DNA of 64,000 nt from assembly GCA_010909165.1 (NCBI GenBank), contig VJWM01000172.1, positions 1 to 64,000 of the forward strand, written 5' to 3'. Both the position numbers and the translations under genes were made by a program. Numbering within the stretch: position 1 is the first letter of the stretch; each line of letters opens with the position of its first letter. This document shows, piece by piece, positions 12,139 to 24,100 of the stretch. The stretch comes from Anthoceros angustus. Its lineage: Eukaryota > Plantae > Anthocerotophyta. The notes beneath the pieces are model-generated. The model was not told where the DNA came from and did not search any database. It saw only the letters and a list, made by a program, of their open reading frames with translations.

Positions 12139-12397
12139 TGAAGATTTTATGGACTAATGTAGATCAATTAAACATTATAGAATAATTACATTGTTGGATC
12201 AAGAAAGAAGTAAGTTGCTTATGCATGAAAAGACAACTAAAACTAAATTTAATGAAACGTTGTATCTATTCACTTAGAGACGTAACCCTAATGAAACGAC
12301 ACCATATCTAGTAAACCCTAGCTTATCATATCTTGGTAATATATGGATAACTTAAACCCCTAAACCCTAACTATGATATCAACATTGTATATCATTA
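12139..12397 (-). repeat. Copia C 3' LTR (TA...CA termini)
   Basis: 258/259 identical to 26462-26720 (aaatttaatg vs aaattcaatg). Confidence 0.97.
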
Positions 12398-13019
12398 CTC
12401 CCACTTGTTGTAAATAGTTAGGTACCCCTTCAAATTGTGAAGCTAGATCTGGAGTTGAGCTCCGGTTTTCCAATCTTCGGTTTTGCCATATTGTGTGAAC
12501 ATTTATAATATTCATACCGGCGGAATAAACAGAAGCGGCTTTTGCAATGAATAAACTGGAAACCCAAGGGGAACATAGCAACGCCTGATCCCGCCATTTT
12601 CCAAAAAATGCTTCAAAATTATTGCTTTGTGTGGGAAGCCGGGATAATGTCATGACATAGGCTGGAAAAGGATATACAACCTCGATGGGCACACATTTGC
12701 CTTGAAATAATGCCCATACATGACTTTTTTGGTGGCTAAGAGGGCACGAGAGGCCTCTTGCTATTCATTCAAGACGAAAGGGTATATGATTTTGGAAAAA
12801 CCGCTTTTAATGAGGGAGTAATAACTATTGGAGATGACAATGAAAATTCAACATGCAATGCAAGTCCTGTTTCCATCTTCCAGAAATCAAGACATGCAAT
12901 TGCCGTTTCCATGCCTATGGTGTGTGTTTTGTACCTGTCGAGTCTCACCTGCTTCATGGATGGGTGCTATCAAAGAAAAAACAATCTGGCAAGGGGAACA
13001 AAAGTCTCCAGAAGAGTGA

Positions 13020-13740
13020 GGAGATTGACTTACCTTAGAGAGAACTTTTGGACGCATGGACTCGAGAAATTCCGCCCCTTCTGACAAACATCGAAACATA
13101 TGGATATTGAATGCGGTGAGAGCACGGAGGCGCATGGGCGCCCATCAGATACATCTTCTGCAGACGGTAGAAACAAGTGACTTACCTTGACAACTCGTGG
13201 ACGCATGGACTCGAGAAATTCCGCCTTCCGACAAACGTTGTAACATATGCGGAGTGTGTAAGCGGAGGGGCGCTGCGCGCGCCCACTACACCGCCTAGAA
13301 ACAAGTGACTTACCTTGAAAGAACTAGGGACACATGGACCCGAAATGCCGTCCCATCGACAAACGCGTTGAAACATATGAGGAGCGAATGGCGGGCTAGG
13401 GTATTGTCGGTGGAGGCCGCATGCTGCCTCCACTATCTATATTTTCTACAAAGGTAGAAACAAGTGACTTACCTTGCATAACTCGTGGACGCATGGCCCC
13501 GAAATGCCATCCCTTCAAAACGTTTAAACACATGAGGAGTGAATCAGGCGGTGTGCGAGGCGCGCCGGGCGCCCCACGCTTACCGCTACAACGGTAGAAA
13601 CAAGTGACTAACCTTGGACAGAACTAGGGAACACATGGACCCGAAATGCCATCCCATGTGACAAATGTTCAAACATATTAGGAGTGAACTGCAAGCTAGG
13701 GTATTGTCAATGATGGCGCGGGATGCCGGCGCCCACGGAA
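13020..13740. repeat. Five degenerate tandem units of about 130-160 bp in the Copia C 3' region
   Basis: Core 'tagaaacaagtgacttaccttg...ggacrcatggacccgaaatgcc' near 13025, 13175, 13303, 13463 and 13602. Confidence 0.9.
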
Positions 13741-14879
13741 TTTTTGGAAGACAACACCACGTAAAAGCATGGACCCAGAACGCCTTCATTACATAGCGGC
13801 GTAAAAGCGTCGACCGTGTTGAACCTATCTAGTAATCCGTCCGAGTATGAAACTCGGAAGCCAACATACGCTAACTCTATCGTGAAAACAAAACCCTAAA
13901 ATCTCTAGTCTTGGGACACCGAATTCCTTCACAACCAAAGGACATCCATCATCCACTTCATGGTCATCCCTCCTCTCAGTGCAGATAAGGTCGTGATTCA
14001 TTCTATCTCGAATAGCCTTCTTGTCGGAGCGTAAAGGTGCTTTCTTGCATTGAGGTTGAACCCATAATAGAGAATAATAGTCTTATTCACAAATAGTTTC
14101 GAATGTTTTGGGTAAATTTCTCTTCCCACTCTCTTCCCATTCGCGATCGTCGATTGTCGGTCCTCTAACAAAGAACTCCTCAACATATTTCCCTTCAAAA
14201 GCATCGGTTGCTCTCCTGTATCTGGACCATAAGAAATGGGTTCGCACAATCAAGTCTCGCTTTCCACCTTCCCAATCCGAAGCCACATGTGTATCTCACG
14301 AGCATGGAGTTGCAATGAACATGCCCTTCCTTATCTCTTTGACATCTCCATTCATCCTTTCTATTTCTTGATGTTGTCGACTTGACTCGGTGAGCTCCCA
14401 AATACATATCCTGCTGAGGACCGATGTTTTGTCGCTTTGTCTCTCTCATTGCTTAGTCGCACTGTGATGCCAAAGCTCCTTCAGAAACCTCTCGCAAAAA
14501 TGGAGACGACACAGTATTATATCGTATAAGATTGTTGCACAACCAACACCGTAACATGAACATGGGTGCACCCCTGAGGGGCTGCAGCTGCCCTCCCGCA
14601 TGGCGGAAAAGCTTTGGGGCACTGCCTCCCCCGAGAGCTGAGGGGGCTACCGCGCCACGCATGTACCGACAGGGTGGCCCAAAGACAATGGAAGCACTCT
14701 TCCGCCACCCGCAACCTATGTGAGTCTTGCACATTGGTATCTACATTGCCACACCTCTGCGGGCAGAAGCACGCGGTGGCCCACATATGCATATACACTC
14801 AGACAGATGTAAACAGGCCATGCATCCTTCCGCAAAAATGGTTCTTAGAAACTATGCACATCCCGCAGGATATGAAGAA

Positions 14880-15560
14880 CAAACCTTGGTCCGCTTCCGA
14901 AGTGTTCCGGATGGTGCGCTCACCCTTCACATAAAGAGCAAGTGGAAAACCTATTAGACTTTGGAATCCTAACCTTCGGAAGTTGGTCCTCCGAGGGTCG
15001 AGAAAATAGGGATCGACCAACCGCATACTAGACCGTGTCATATCCCGATCTGGGCCCGGATCTCCAACTTTGAGAACGTGTCCGCGGTGTGGAACACATC
15101 AACGTTTGGCAGCCTTTCCGCCATCACTTGAAAACTGTATCCATCCGTAACGCTCCCGATGTGTAGATGGTTGTCGCGATTCACTCTTGACCCATCCCCA
15201 CGGTGCATTGCATAACACCGCTCTTCAACTCCTCGTACCTCTCGAGCCGATGCGGTATACTCTTGAAAAGCTTGCAAACAACACCGAATGCGCTCGCCCC
15301 ATTATATGCGTGATGACCTTGTCCTTTCCGTGGCCCGTAAGTCCACGACCGTGAGGATCAAGAAATGTCTCTTGTTTCTCCATTCGCAAAACGATAACGT
15401 TGCTCATGGAAATTGGCCTTAGACATTGACCGGACGCATTGCTTGTTGCGGCATGGCTTCCTAAGTCCGTGACAACGTCGGAGTCGCTCTTCGACAAAGG
15501 ACTCCACTTGCCCGCCTTCTACGAACCACGGATTGCATGTCCCGTGGCGCCACAAATGTT
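14880..15560 (-). pseudogene. Frameshifted relic resembling the N-terminal/Cys-rich region of CMC-like (DUF7869-type) DNA transposases
   Basis: Reassembled frames give C..KPCRNKQCV, RCCLQAFQEY, HRGDG, FQVMAERLPNVDVFH, YFSTLWRTNFPKVRIPKSNRFSTCSLCE; no DDE core recognised downstream. Confidence 0.6.
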
Positions 15561-16808
15561 TCGCCGTGGTTTGGGGTGGAATGACCGTGCGCAGGCCGCC
15601 TTCCTGTCACTAAAGGTGCATCGACGAGGGGTTTCGACAACACCCTCCTTTCCTCAATTGGAAACAAACCCGGCGACGACGGTGCGTGGGAACTATTCGG
15701 TTCTTCATGCGCGCGGCCACTAGGACTCGCTCACGGTGAATACAAATTGATGTTCCTTGGTGTTCGAGGAACACCCCGAGGAATCCTTGGTGAGGTCGGA
15801 CCCGCCTCCAACCTTCATGCAAGCGCGGCATTTGGTGACATCGGGGGAACTGGCCTCTTCCGTGTTGGCATGCGTGAGGAGAACTACACGGAATTAACAC
15901 GACCATCTACTACCCACAAGCCATTTGAGATCTGTGGTGTGTTGTGCATCGGACAGAGGATCGGACGATTCAATCTTGCATTGCGTTTCCTTTTTCTTGC
16001 GCTGGCCCTCGGTTGAACTGCGATGACATCAAGTCCTCCCCTTCCTGCAACATGAAAACGCGAAGTTTAGCTGGGAGGAGAACATGAAGGGAACATTATT
16101 GCATGGGGTGCATTGGACACAACAAATATCGCTCACTTCACTGTCCATGCGGCTGTGAGTCTCCTGTAACATTCCTGCAGCAGGCGATGCCACTTCACCC
16201 ACGACACAAACGAAAGTGTGTTCTCCTGCAGGAAAAGGGAAATATAACGCCCAAGCCACCAACTTCAACGCGCCCAACGCACCGAGAAAGGCGCCGGTCC
16301 TACCAATGCACAAGTTGTAGACCTATAACGGCAAACAATCGCACGCCATCGTAATGGCGCCGCCCACCCAAAACGACACCACCATTAAGAGGTGTAGTTA
16401 GGACATTGTCCTAAAATGGAATTTATGCATTATGTACGTCGCGAATCCATGGAGGTTACGAGAACCGGGCAATGAAGGGAACCCTAACTTTTGTCGGGCG
16501 ATAAGGTCTTTAAAACCATTTCCCCCACCGTCTCTGGCACGAAGCGGCTTTACGTCCCCTTCAACTTTGTGATCGTGCGGACTCGCGAGCGAGAAGAGGG
16601 AGTGATTCAACGCTTGCCGGTGGATGCGTGGGGCCTTTGAGGATCATCCCCACGCAAGCAAGGAGGTGTTCTTCTCCCCAATGTTGCTTTCCACCTCGCA
16701 AAGTGAGAACTCTAATACGTGAGAATTCACCGGTTGATGCGCGTCCGCGTTCCTTGTGGCGAAATCATGGCATCGGGAGGGCACTGAGCAAGAAGGACCT
16801 AGCGGCCT

Positions 16809-19690
16809 ATGCTTGAACCACCTTCGAGATTGTGCGAAACCAAGAAGAAGGCGACTCGGTTGAGGCAGACGGAGGAAGTCGCGGATATGGCAGCACCCCA
16901 ATCGCCGCTGACAAGGATCGGTGGCAAAGGCCGCAGAACTGCATCGCGGAGGCGAAAGGATGTGGGTGGGGCGGCGAAGAAATCGAGCTCCGGGAATTCA
17001 GCAAAAGCCAGCACAACACAGGGAGGCGGAGCAGGCCCTGAAAGACAAGGAGGCTTGAAGGGGAAGAAGAAAACGCAACCCGATCCTGTGCCTTTGCCAT
17101 ACAACTTGGAAGAAACTATGCTCATCAGCCGACTAACTCAATCGATGCGAAATTGTCTAGGAAGGAGTGGTTTTGCAACAGTTTTGAGGCGCCGGATGAT
17201 GCGATATGGACACCGTCAAGCCGTGGGTTCTGGTTTGGACCAGCTAAGCCAAATCACCGAGCAAGAGTTGGCTGGGTTGTATGGGCAAGCTGGATTTGTC
17301 GAACGGAACCGAATTCGAGGTCCTCCTTACAACAAAGCCACACCAATCGGATGAAATTCGCCCAAAGGCGAGGAGTTCAAGGTTATCACCGTGGGCCTTG
17401 GGATGTTCAAGCTTAAGAAGTGCTCCCGGATGCCGACAACCGCCTTCCGAGAGGCTAAACAGAATCAACACGTATGGACGGGCTAACATTGTTTTGTGCT
17501 TGAATCAGGCTTATTTCGCTTGTAGCCGCATGTAGCCGTGAGGAGTTGGCTTATGGGTTTTGTGTGTCAGCAGTGGGAGGGCTTTCTATAAGCAACCGTG
17601 CTTTTGTCATGATCGTGGACCACCGGAGAGAAATGAGCATGCGAACTGTGGCAGCCCTCCCAACATCACGACAGAGGACCTCTCAGCATTTGAGGAAGAG
17701 GAGCTGGGCCCAAGATGAGCATGATGGACCATTGCCCGACATCCTTGGACAATCCGGCGAAGATGATGGAAGAAGCGGGGATGACTTGGAAACCGAGGTT
17801 AGAGATGCGAATTAATAATGGATTATGACATGCCTCCCGACTCTATGCTTGTGCCCACCCCTTATAACCCGCCAGAAGAAGCGCCGGTGATGGCGGGACT
17901 CCATTCCAGGTGTGGAGTCCTCCCAACCCCCATGCATGTTTATGGATGTGGCGGGAGCAAGGGAAGAGGAGGGCGATGATGCCTACACGCTGTGGTGGAG
18001 TCCTCCCAACCCCCATGCATGCATGTTTATGGATGTGGTGAGCAAGGGAAGGGTATGGGAGAACGTGGACAAAATTTTTGCAAAGTGGGAGGCTTGTGAC
18101 TTGGAATGAAGAAACATGTACAGGATTGAGCAAAAGAGCAAAGGCAAACGGAAAAGCGGAAGAAACGAAGTTGAGGGTATATTGGTGAAGCCCAAGGAGA
18201 TGCAGACAAAGCCATGGCGTTGCTTTCAAGGTATTCCCGCAGGGAGAGCGGGCAGCAATGTTATTAGTGCCACGAGAAAGTTCTCACCGGCCTTATGGAT
18301 TTGAAGGGAATGTCGATGAAATTATATTGCAAGAAATTGCATATCATCCAAGTGGCCATGGCGAAGCACTTAGGATGTTCATCTTTGAGATGGTGAGGCA
18401 AGAGTACCCACAACATTCCACCGACGAAGTAGTCAGTTCCGATCGCTGAGGGAAAGGTATGTTATCATACTCTCTGTTTCTTAGATCTTTATATGGTATA
18501 GGAGGCGGGAGGAGGAGGAGGGCGCCGATGCCGCGCCTCCTCCTCCTCCCGCCTCGGCTGGGCGCATGCCGCCCCGCATGACGGGCGCGCGGCGCGGTTT
18601 GATGCGCCGCATGCCTCACCCCCAATAGTAGGGGTTGAGGGAGGACGCCGCATGCCGCGCCTTACCCGGTCTAGATGCCCGAGGCCCGTGGAGGGCGCCG
18701 ATGCCGCGCCTCCCAAGATGCCTAATATTGACAAGCATCCTGCTTTTGTGCAGCAACAAAGACATTGAAGTCCTTACCAAGTGCCCGAAAACTTTCAGCT
18801 CATTTATGAGGTCAACACTTGGAAGGGCTTGAGGATGAGCAACTACCGCAGATAGAGACATTGAAGAGGGATTGTTGCACCACGCCCACCGGAGAAAAGT
18901 AAAGACGATTCATGCTCGAGATGTGCTGGATATGCGAGGTTTTGTGAGGAAGAGGAGTTACTCTTTGCTTGTGATGGATGTCCCACGTGGATTCGAGAAG
19001 GGCCCAAAGGATGGAAGGTTTGATATTTGGCAAGTTGGTAATGTTTTGCATTCCTTCCATGACTTGACTGAATGCGAGCAGTTCAGGATGATCATAATGC
19101 ATGGTGTGGAAGATTCACATATTGTGCGGGAGCCTATGCGGAAGTGGTGCCAGAGGGGTGGTCTTGTTTCATTTGTGTGGGACAAGACAAATGTCAACAA
19201 CGACAAGGGTGGGTTTGATACGGTGGAGTATGTCACCGCTGAAAGAAAAGCTCGAGTTGCGGGTCATTATGTTACCTAATGTTTTGCGGCACTTTCAATA
19301 ATGGTCGGTCGGTGATTGCCCACCATACGCTTGTGAAAAAGCGGTTTATCATTCACTTGACAAACTTGTTGTCCGTCCCTACCACGCCTTTAGGTTTGAT
19401 GATGAAGCTTATCAAGACATTCTCCAAGGAAGGGACCGGATATTGGATGCATGTGCGTAGTGGGTCATCTTTAATGGCTGCCTTGTTGTCCGCCGAAATT
19501 GTATTTCTATCGAGGCAAGAGGTGTGCGTAATTCATTCCACGCTGTACATGGATATGAAGTCACGGATGCGGAGGAGGAGCGACATGAGCCGCATCGCCG
19601 TGGTCCATCTCACCTGGGCCAAGGAGGTTTGCGTCGGCGAGAAGGATATTGGGAAGGCTCAAATTGTGCCTCTAGGGTCGAGCGAATGAA
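16809..19690 (+). pseudogene. Antisense cargo gene of Copia C; basic N-terminus, C-terminal beta-class N4/N6 DNA methyltransferase; many small frameshifts
   Basis: Consecutive + strand ORF pieces 16809-17354, 17281-17535, 17546-17815, 17912-18449, 18635-19689; MTase motifs IHARDVLDM..SLLVMDVPRG, FVWDK, P..PLGLMMKLIKTFSKEG-DRILDACA-GSGSSLMAALLS-GRNCISIE. Confidence 0.8.
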
Positions 19691-21199
19691 AGAAAGGACC
19701 TGAGACCGATGAGGGCACAGACACTAGAGGTCAGATGGCACACCGGGTTGACGGAAGGAAGACGACGGCGGCGATGGTCATGGACTCTTCGGAGAGATGA
19801 AGAACGCCCGAGAAACGCCACCGTAGTTCCCGATAGTGAAGCCGGTTTGTGTGCGCTTGAATCTTCGCACCGTGAACTTCCTTAGGTGGCTAGGACGTTT
19901 CTGCTTCGTGAATCAGATGTCGATGGGCCGTTGTCTTTGGAGTGGATGACACGGATCTTCTAGTAGCAAGTTGTTCGTTCCGCCATGAGGCCGCTTTTGA
20001 ATACATCCGAGCGGACGACTTACTTATAATCGAGCATTGCCGCTTGTCCGCAAGCATCTCGCACCCTAGCACCTTCATTGCGCACTTTGAACACGAAATT
20101 CAATGTCAATCACATTGATTGCTTGCACGGCGCATGTGCTTTCAAGAGACGTGTTTGGAGCGAATTAGTAATCGTATGAAAAGTACCAAGCGGCGGCAAT
20201 TTTTCCATAACCGGCGTACATTATTCCGCCGGTATGAATATTATCGTGTTGGTGGTAGAGCTTTACGCCCCATCTTCATGTCTTTTACGGACACTATGGA
20301 GTGCTGTTGTACCAGTGTGAAGCCAGCTGAGTACAGGTTGGCTCCCTTTATAATTCTCCTTCGCTCTTTGCCTCATATGCATCGATCGCCTTGAGAGAAG
20401 GTTACCCCGAGCCATATCGAGATGGCGCCACCGCCTTCGTAGTCCGAGGGTACTTTGCCCAAGAAACCGCAGAGCCTGTAAATGCTCTAGGCTTTGCTAG
20501 AGCAACGTCATGACCAAGAGGAGACTTCAACTTCAGCCGTTAAAGGGGCGTGAAGAGAGAACGTGGGCGCCCCAAAGGAACCACCAAGGAGTTTCTGCAG
20601 CGACGACGCAGAGGCTGCAGCTAAACAAGAGAACATGGGCGGCCCTTCTTCAGCGCGTGTCACTCCTTCTGGGCCAAGAGCGGCGACAAGAGTAAAAGCA
20701 AATCCTGCACATGTTCACCCTGATTTTGGCTTTTCTAAGAACGAAGCTAACCCTTGTGAGGACCTAAGCTTTCCCAAGCCTACAGACCTGTTCAAGGAAA
20801 CCCAAATTGTCTCCTACGGCACCATGAAGCACCCTCGCACCCCTATGTGGTATAGGGTTCATGTGGGCGACTAAACCGTGATGCGCCAGATCAAAGTTGA
20901 AGATTCTGGCGTATCCTCACCATGTTGTTAGCACGTATAGTAAGTCCCAAATTCCATTCCGTTCCTTGAGAGAAGGTTTTGATCCTTCCAAGAGGAGGAA
21001 GATGAGAGTCAAAGCCTGCACGGTGAGTCGAGTCTGTGGGGACTCATACTCTCGTGTCTCGTGATGAGACTCTTTTAATGACTACAGATGATGAACACTC
21101 TTCCTTCGGGCTGTAGTTAGAGTTCTCGCAGATGGATTTTACTTTGTCGCATCGCCAAGGAACTCCGAGGAGTCTCCAAGGCCAAGACTTTTAACATGT

Positions 21200-24100
21200 T
21201 TCTCGTGAAGCTCTTTTCCTAGAGCCTTAGTCAATATGTCTGCTGGATTGTCTTGCGTTGCCACATACTCGAGGTTGATTTTACCCTTGATTAGGTCTCG
21301 ATAAAATGATACTCAACCTCGATATGCTTTGTCCTTGCATGAAATACGGGTTCGAGCAAGTGACATGGAGCCCGGTCAGGTCCTTATGAGCGTACATGTA
21401 GGTAATGGTATACCCATTTCGCTAAGGAGTAGTTTGCACCAAATGATCTCTTTGCAAGCTGTAAGGACTCTATATTCAGCGCCGAGAGAGCAATCAGAGC
21501 TGTTTCTTGCTCATCCAAAGAATCGGTCCACCGCTATGCTCACAACGTAACGAAAGATCTCTGTTGTCCACGTTTCCAGCATAGTCAGAATCGGTGAAGA
21601 CCTCGAGTTCAAGTTGCTGTCCAGGTGTGTGGCAATATTTTATCCCTCGATGTGGTGTCCCCTTCAAGTATCTAAAGACTCTTTTAATGCTTGTCCAGTG
21701 CTCTTGGCCTGGGTTCTCCAGGAACTGTGAGAGAGCGCTAGTTGCAAAGGCAACTTCCATGCGAGTAGTGTTTGCTGCATATATGAGCTTGCCAACAGCC
21801 TGTCTATAAGGTACGGCTAACATCCTTTCCTTCTCTACAGCTGTTTGTGGGGACATTTATGAACTTAGCTTGATTCCACTTGGTAGGGGTGTGGCAGCTG
21901 GCTTTGCATCCTTCAAACCTAGCTGTTCTGCACTTTCGAGTATGTATCTTGGTTGTGAGAGTGTGATAACCCTGCGTTTCCTGTTCAAACATGTATACCA
22001 AGACAACTCAAGATCACCAAGGTGGACATCTTAAACTTAGTTGCAAGGTGTCAAGAATCTTTTGATAAAACCGCATCGTTACTTGACAAGATCGTCATCT
22101 ACATAGATCGCTAGGTAATGTAGACGATGTCACCTTTCTTGTAGATGTACAGCTACCATCCGCTCGGCTTTTGGTGAAACCTAATACTAAAAGCTCAAGA
22201 TCAAGTTCTGCGTTCCAAGCCATTGCATCGCTTCAACCCGCATAAAGTCTTGATAAGTTTACATACATAATCCTCCTTTCCTTTGACTACATAACCGGAG
22301 GTCAGCATGTATATTTCGTCAAGCTTGCCATTCAAGAATCTGTTTGACATCAAACATTTGCGCTCATAGTCCTTGTAGGTCGATATTGCACATAATGCTC
22401 AGATGGTTGGCGCTTCACAACCGGAGCGAATGTCTCCAAATAGTCCACGCTGAACTTGTGAAAATCCACGAGCCACTAGTCTTGCCTTGTACCTATCAAG
22501 GTACCATCAGCCTTGACTTTCAATTTGAAGACCCACTTACAAGACACCATTTTTCCGCCAGAGGTAATTTTGACAACTCCCATGTGCCGCTCTCAATCAA
22601 TGAGTCATATTCTGATTTTATAGCTTTCTCCCACTCCTTGTGATCAGGTCTGCTCAAAGCCTCGGCATAAGACTGTGGTTCTACAGGGTCGAGGTTAGTA
22701 GCAGCATATGCTTTCACATGTGAAGAGGAAATACGATAATCAGGGGCACGATAATAATCAGGAGGTCGACGTTCTCGAGTAGGGTAACGTCGAGCAAGCT
22801 CTGGCTCAGGTTCTTGTTCAAGTTGAGGGTCTAGATCTTGTTCAAGTTCAGGTTCTGAAACATAATCTGCTTCCTCGTCATTCTCGATCACATCGCCACC
22901 GCATCGCAAGTGCTTGATCCGTTGAGGAATGTGATCCTGACATCCGCGCATGTCAAGTGGAATTTCGTGTTCGTGTTCTTCTTCAAACACGCCGATTTTC
23001 CCTCCTGCAGAACATTTTCATCAACAGAGCTCGAGTACCATGATCCGCGATCATAATGAGAAAGCTCAAGACTATCCTCGCCATCGTGAGCATGAACATG
23101 TGCTCCCACCAAGCCCAAGTCTTTGTTTCATCAAGGTAACACTTGAGCATAAATGACCTTGTTAGAAGGAACATCATATAGTTTATATGCTTTTATCCCT
23201 TCCGTATCCCAACATGAGCAGCTCAAGGGGCCTTAGCCGAAAGCTTGGTTCGCTCGCCTGTATGAAGGCATATGCAAGGCAAACGTCCTCAAGTCTTTGG
23301 ATGGATGGTCACTGTGAAAGCTTCATAAGGAGTTTTGCCTTCACTGTGGTGGGTAACCCGTTCAAGAAAGGTTGAGGTCATCAAAGCCTCGCCCGAAGGT
23401 AAGGGCAGTTGAGCATCATGCGAATGAGGAGACCATCTCCTGCAGTGTGAGATTCAAACGCCTCGCCACTCCATTCTGGGGAGTGTATACCACGTGAGTT
23501 GACGCCCAATGCCTTCATCTTCTGAATCGCTGGAATTCATTAGAGGTGAATTCCCGCCATTGTCGATCTTAGTGTCTTGAGCGCTTTCTGTCCAACGCTC
23601 AAATGAACTTGATGTATTCCTTGAAATAGGAGAAACATTCGCTCTTGTTCTTGGGATGTAGGTGGTGACAAATCGCTTTTGTCATCTCAGAACGTTAAGA
23701 AATAACGCCCACCACCAATGGACGCTTGAGATAAGGGTCCACACAAATCAAGATGTACAAGCTCAAGTACATCAAGCACGGTGAGGTGCTTTGTTCTTGA
23801 AGGCTTTTGGTGTTTCTTCGACAAAACACAAGCCTCACATAAGGGTATAGGAGTCAAGGGGCCAATAGGTCCATCTTGATACAGTCACTCATGACCAATT
23901 TTGTAGCTTTGCCATGTGAGGATGACCTAGGCGTGCATGCCACAACCGAGCCTTGCTTTGTTGTGCGATGCAAGGAGACGTCTTGTGTCGTGGGACTCGC
24001 TACTCCATGCAAATGGAGACTAACAGATCATGGTCCAAGACCCATGCGCAAGTACCTTTCTAGGGTCAAATGCATCTATGATTCGCAACTGCTCTTGTGA

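Noticed and set aside
11659-12157. Several 70-137 aa Arg/Pro/Gly-rich ORFs
   Set aside because: Expected shadows of very GC-rich leader sequence; no motifs
13020-13740. CRISPR-like repeat-spacer appearance
   Set aside because: Repeats are long and degenerate, spacers resemble each other, context is a plant retroelement, no cas genes
16060-16350. Weak similarity of GNIIAWGALD..VHAAVSL to CACTA TnpA-associated domains
   Set aside because: Too short and needs several frameshifts; cannot be supported by eye
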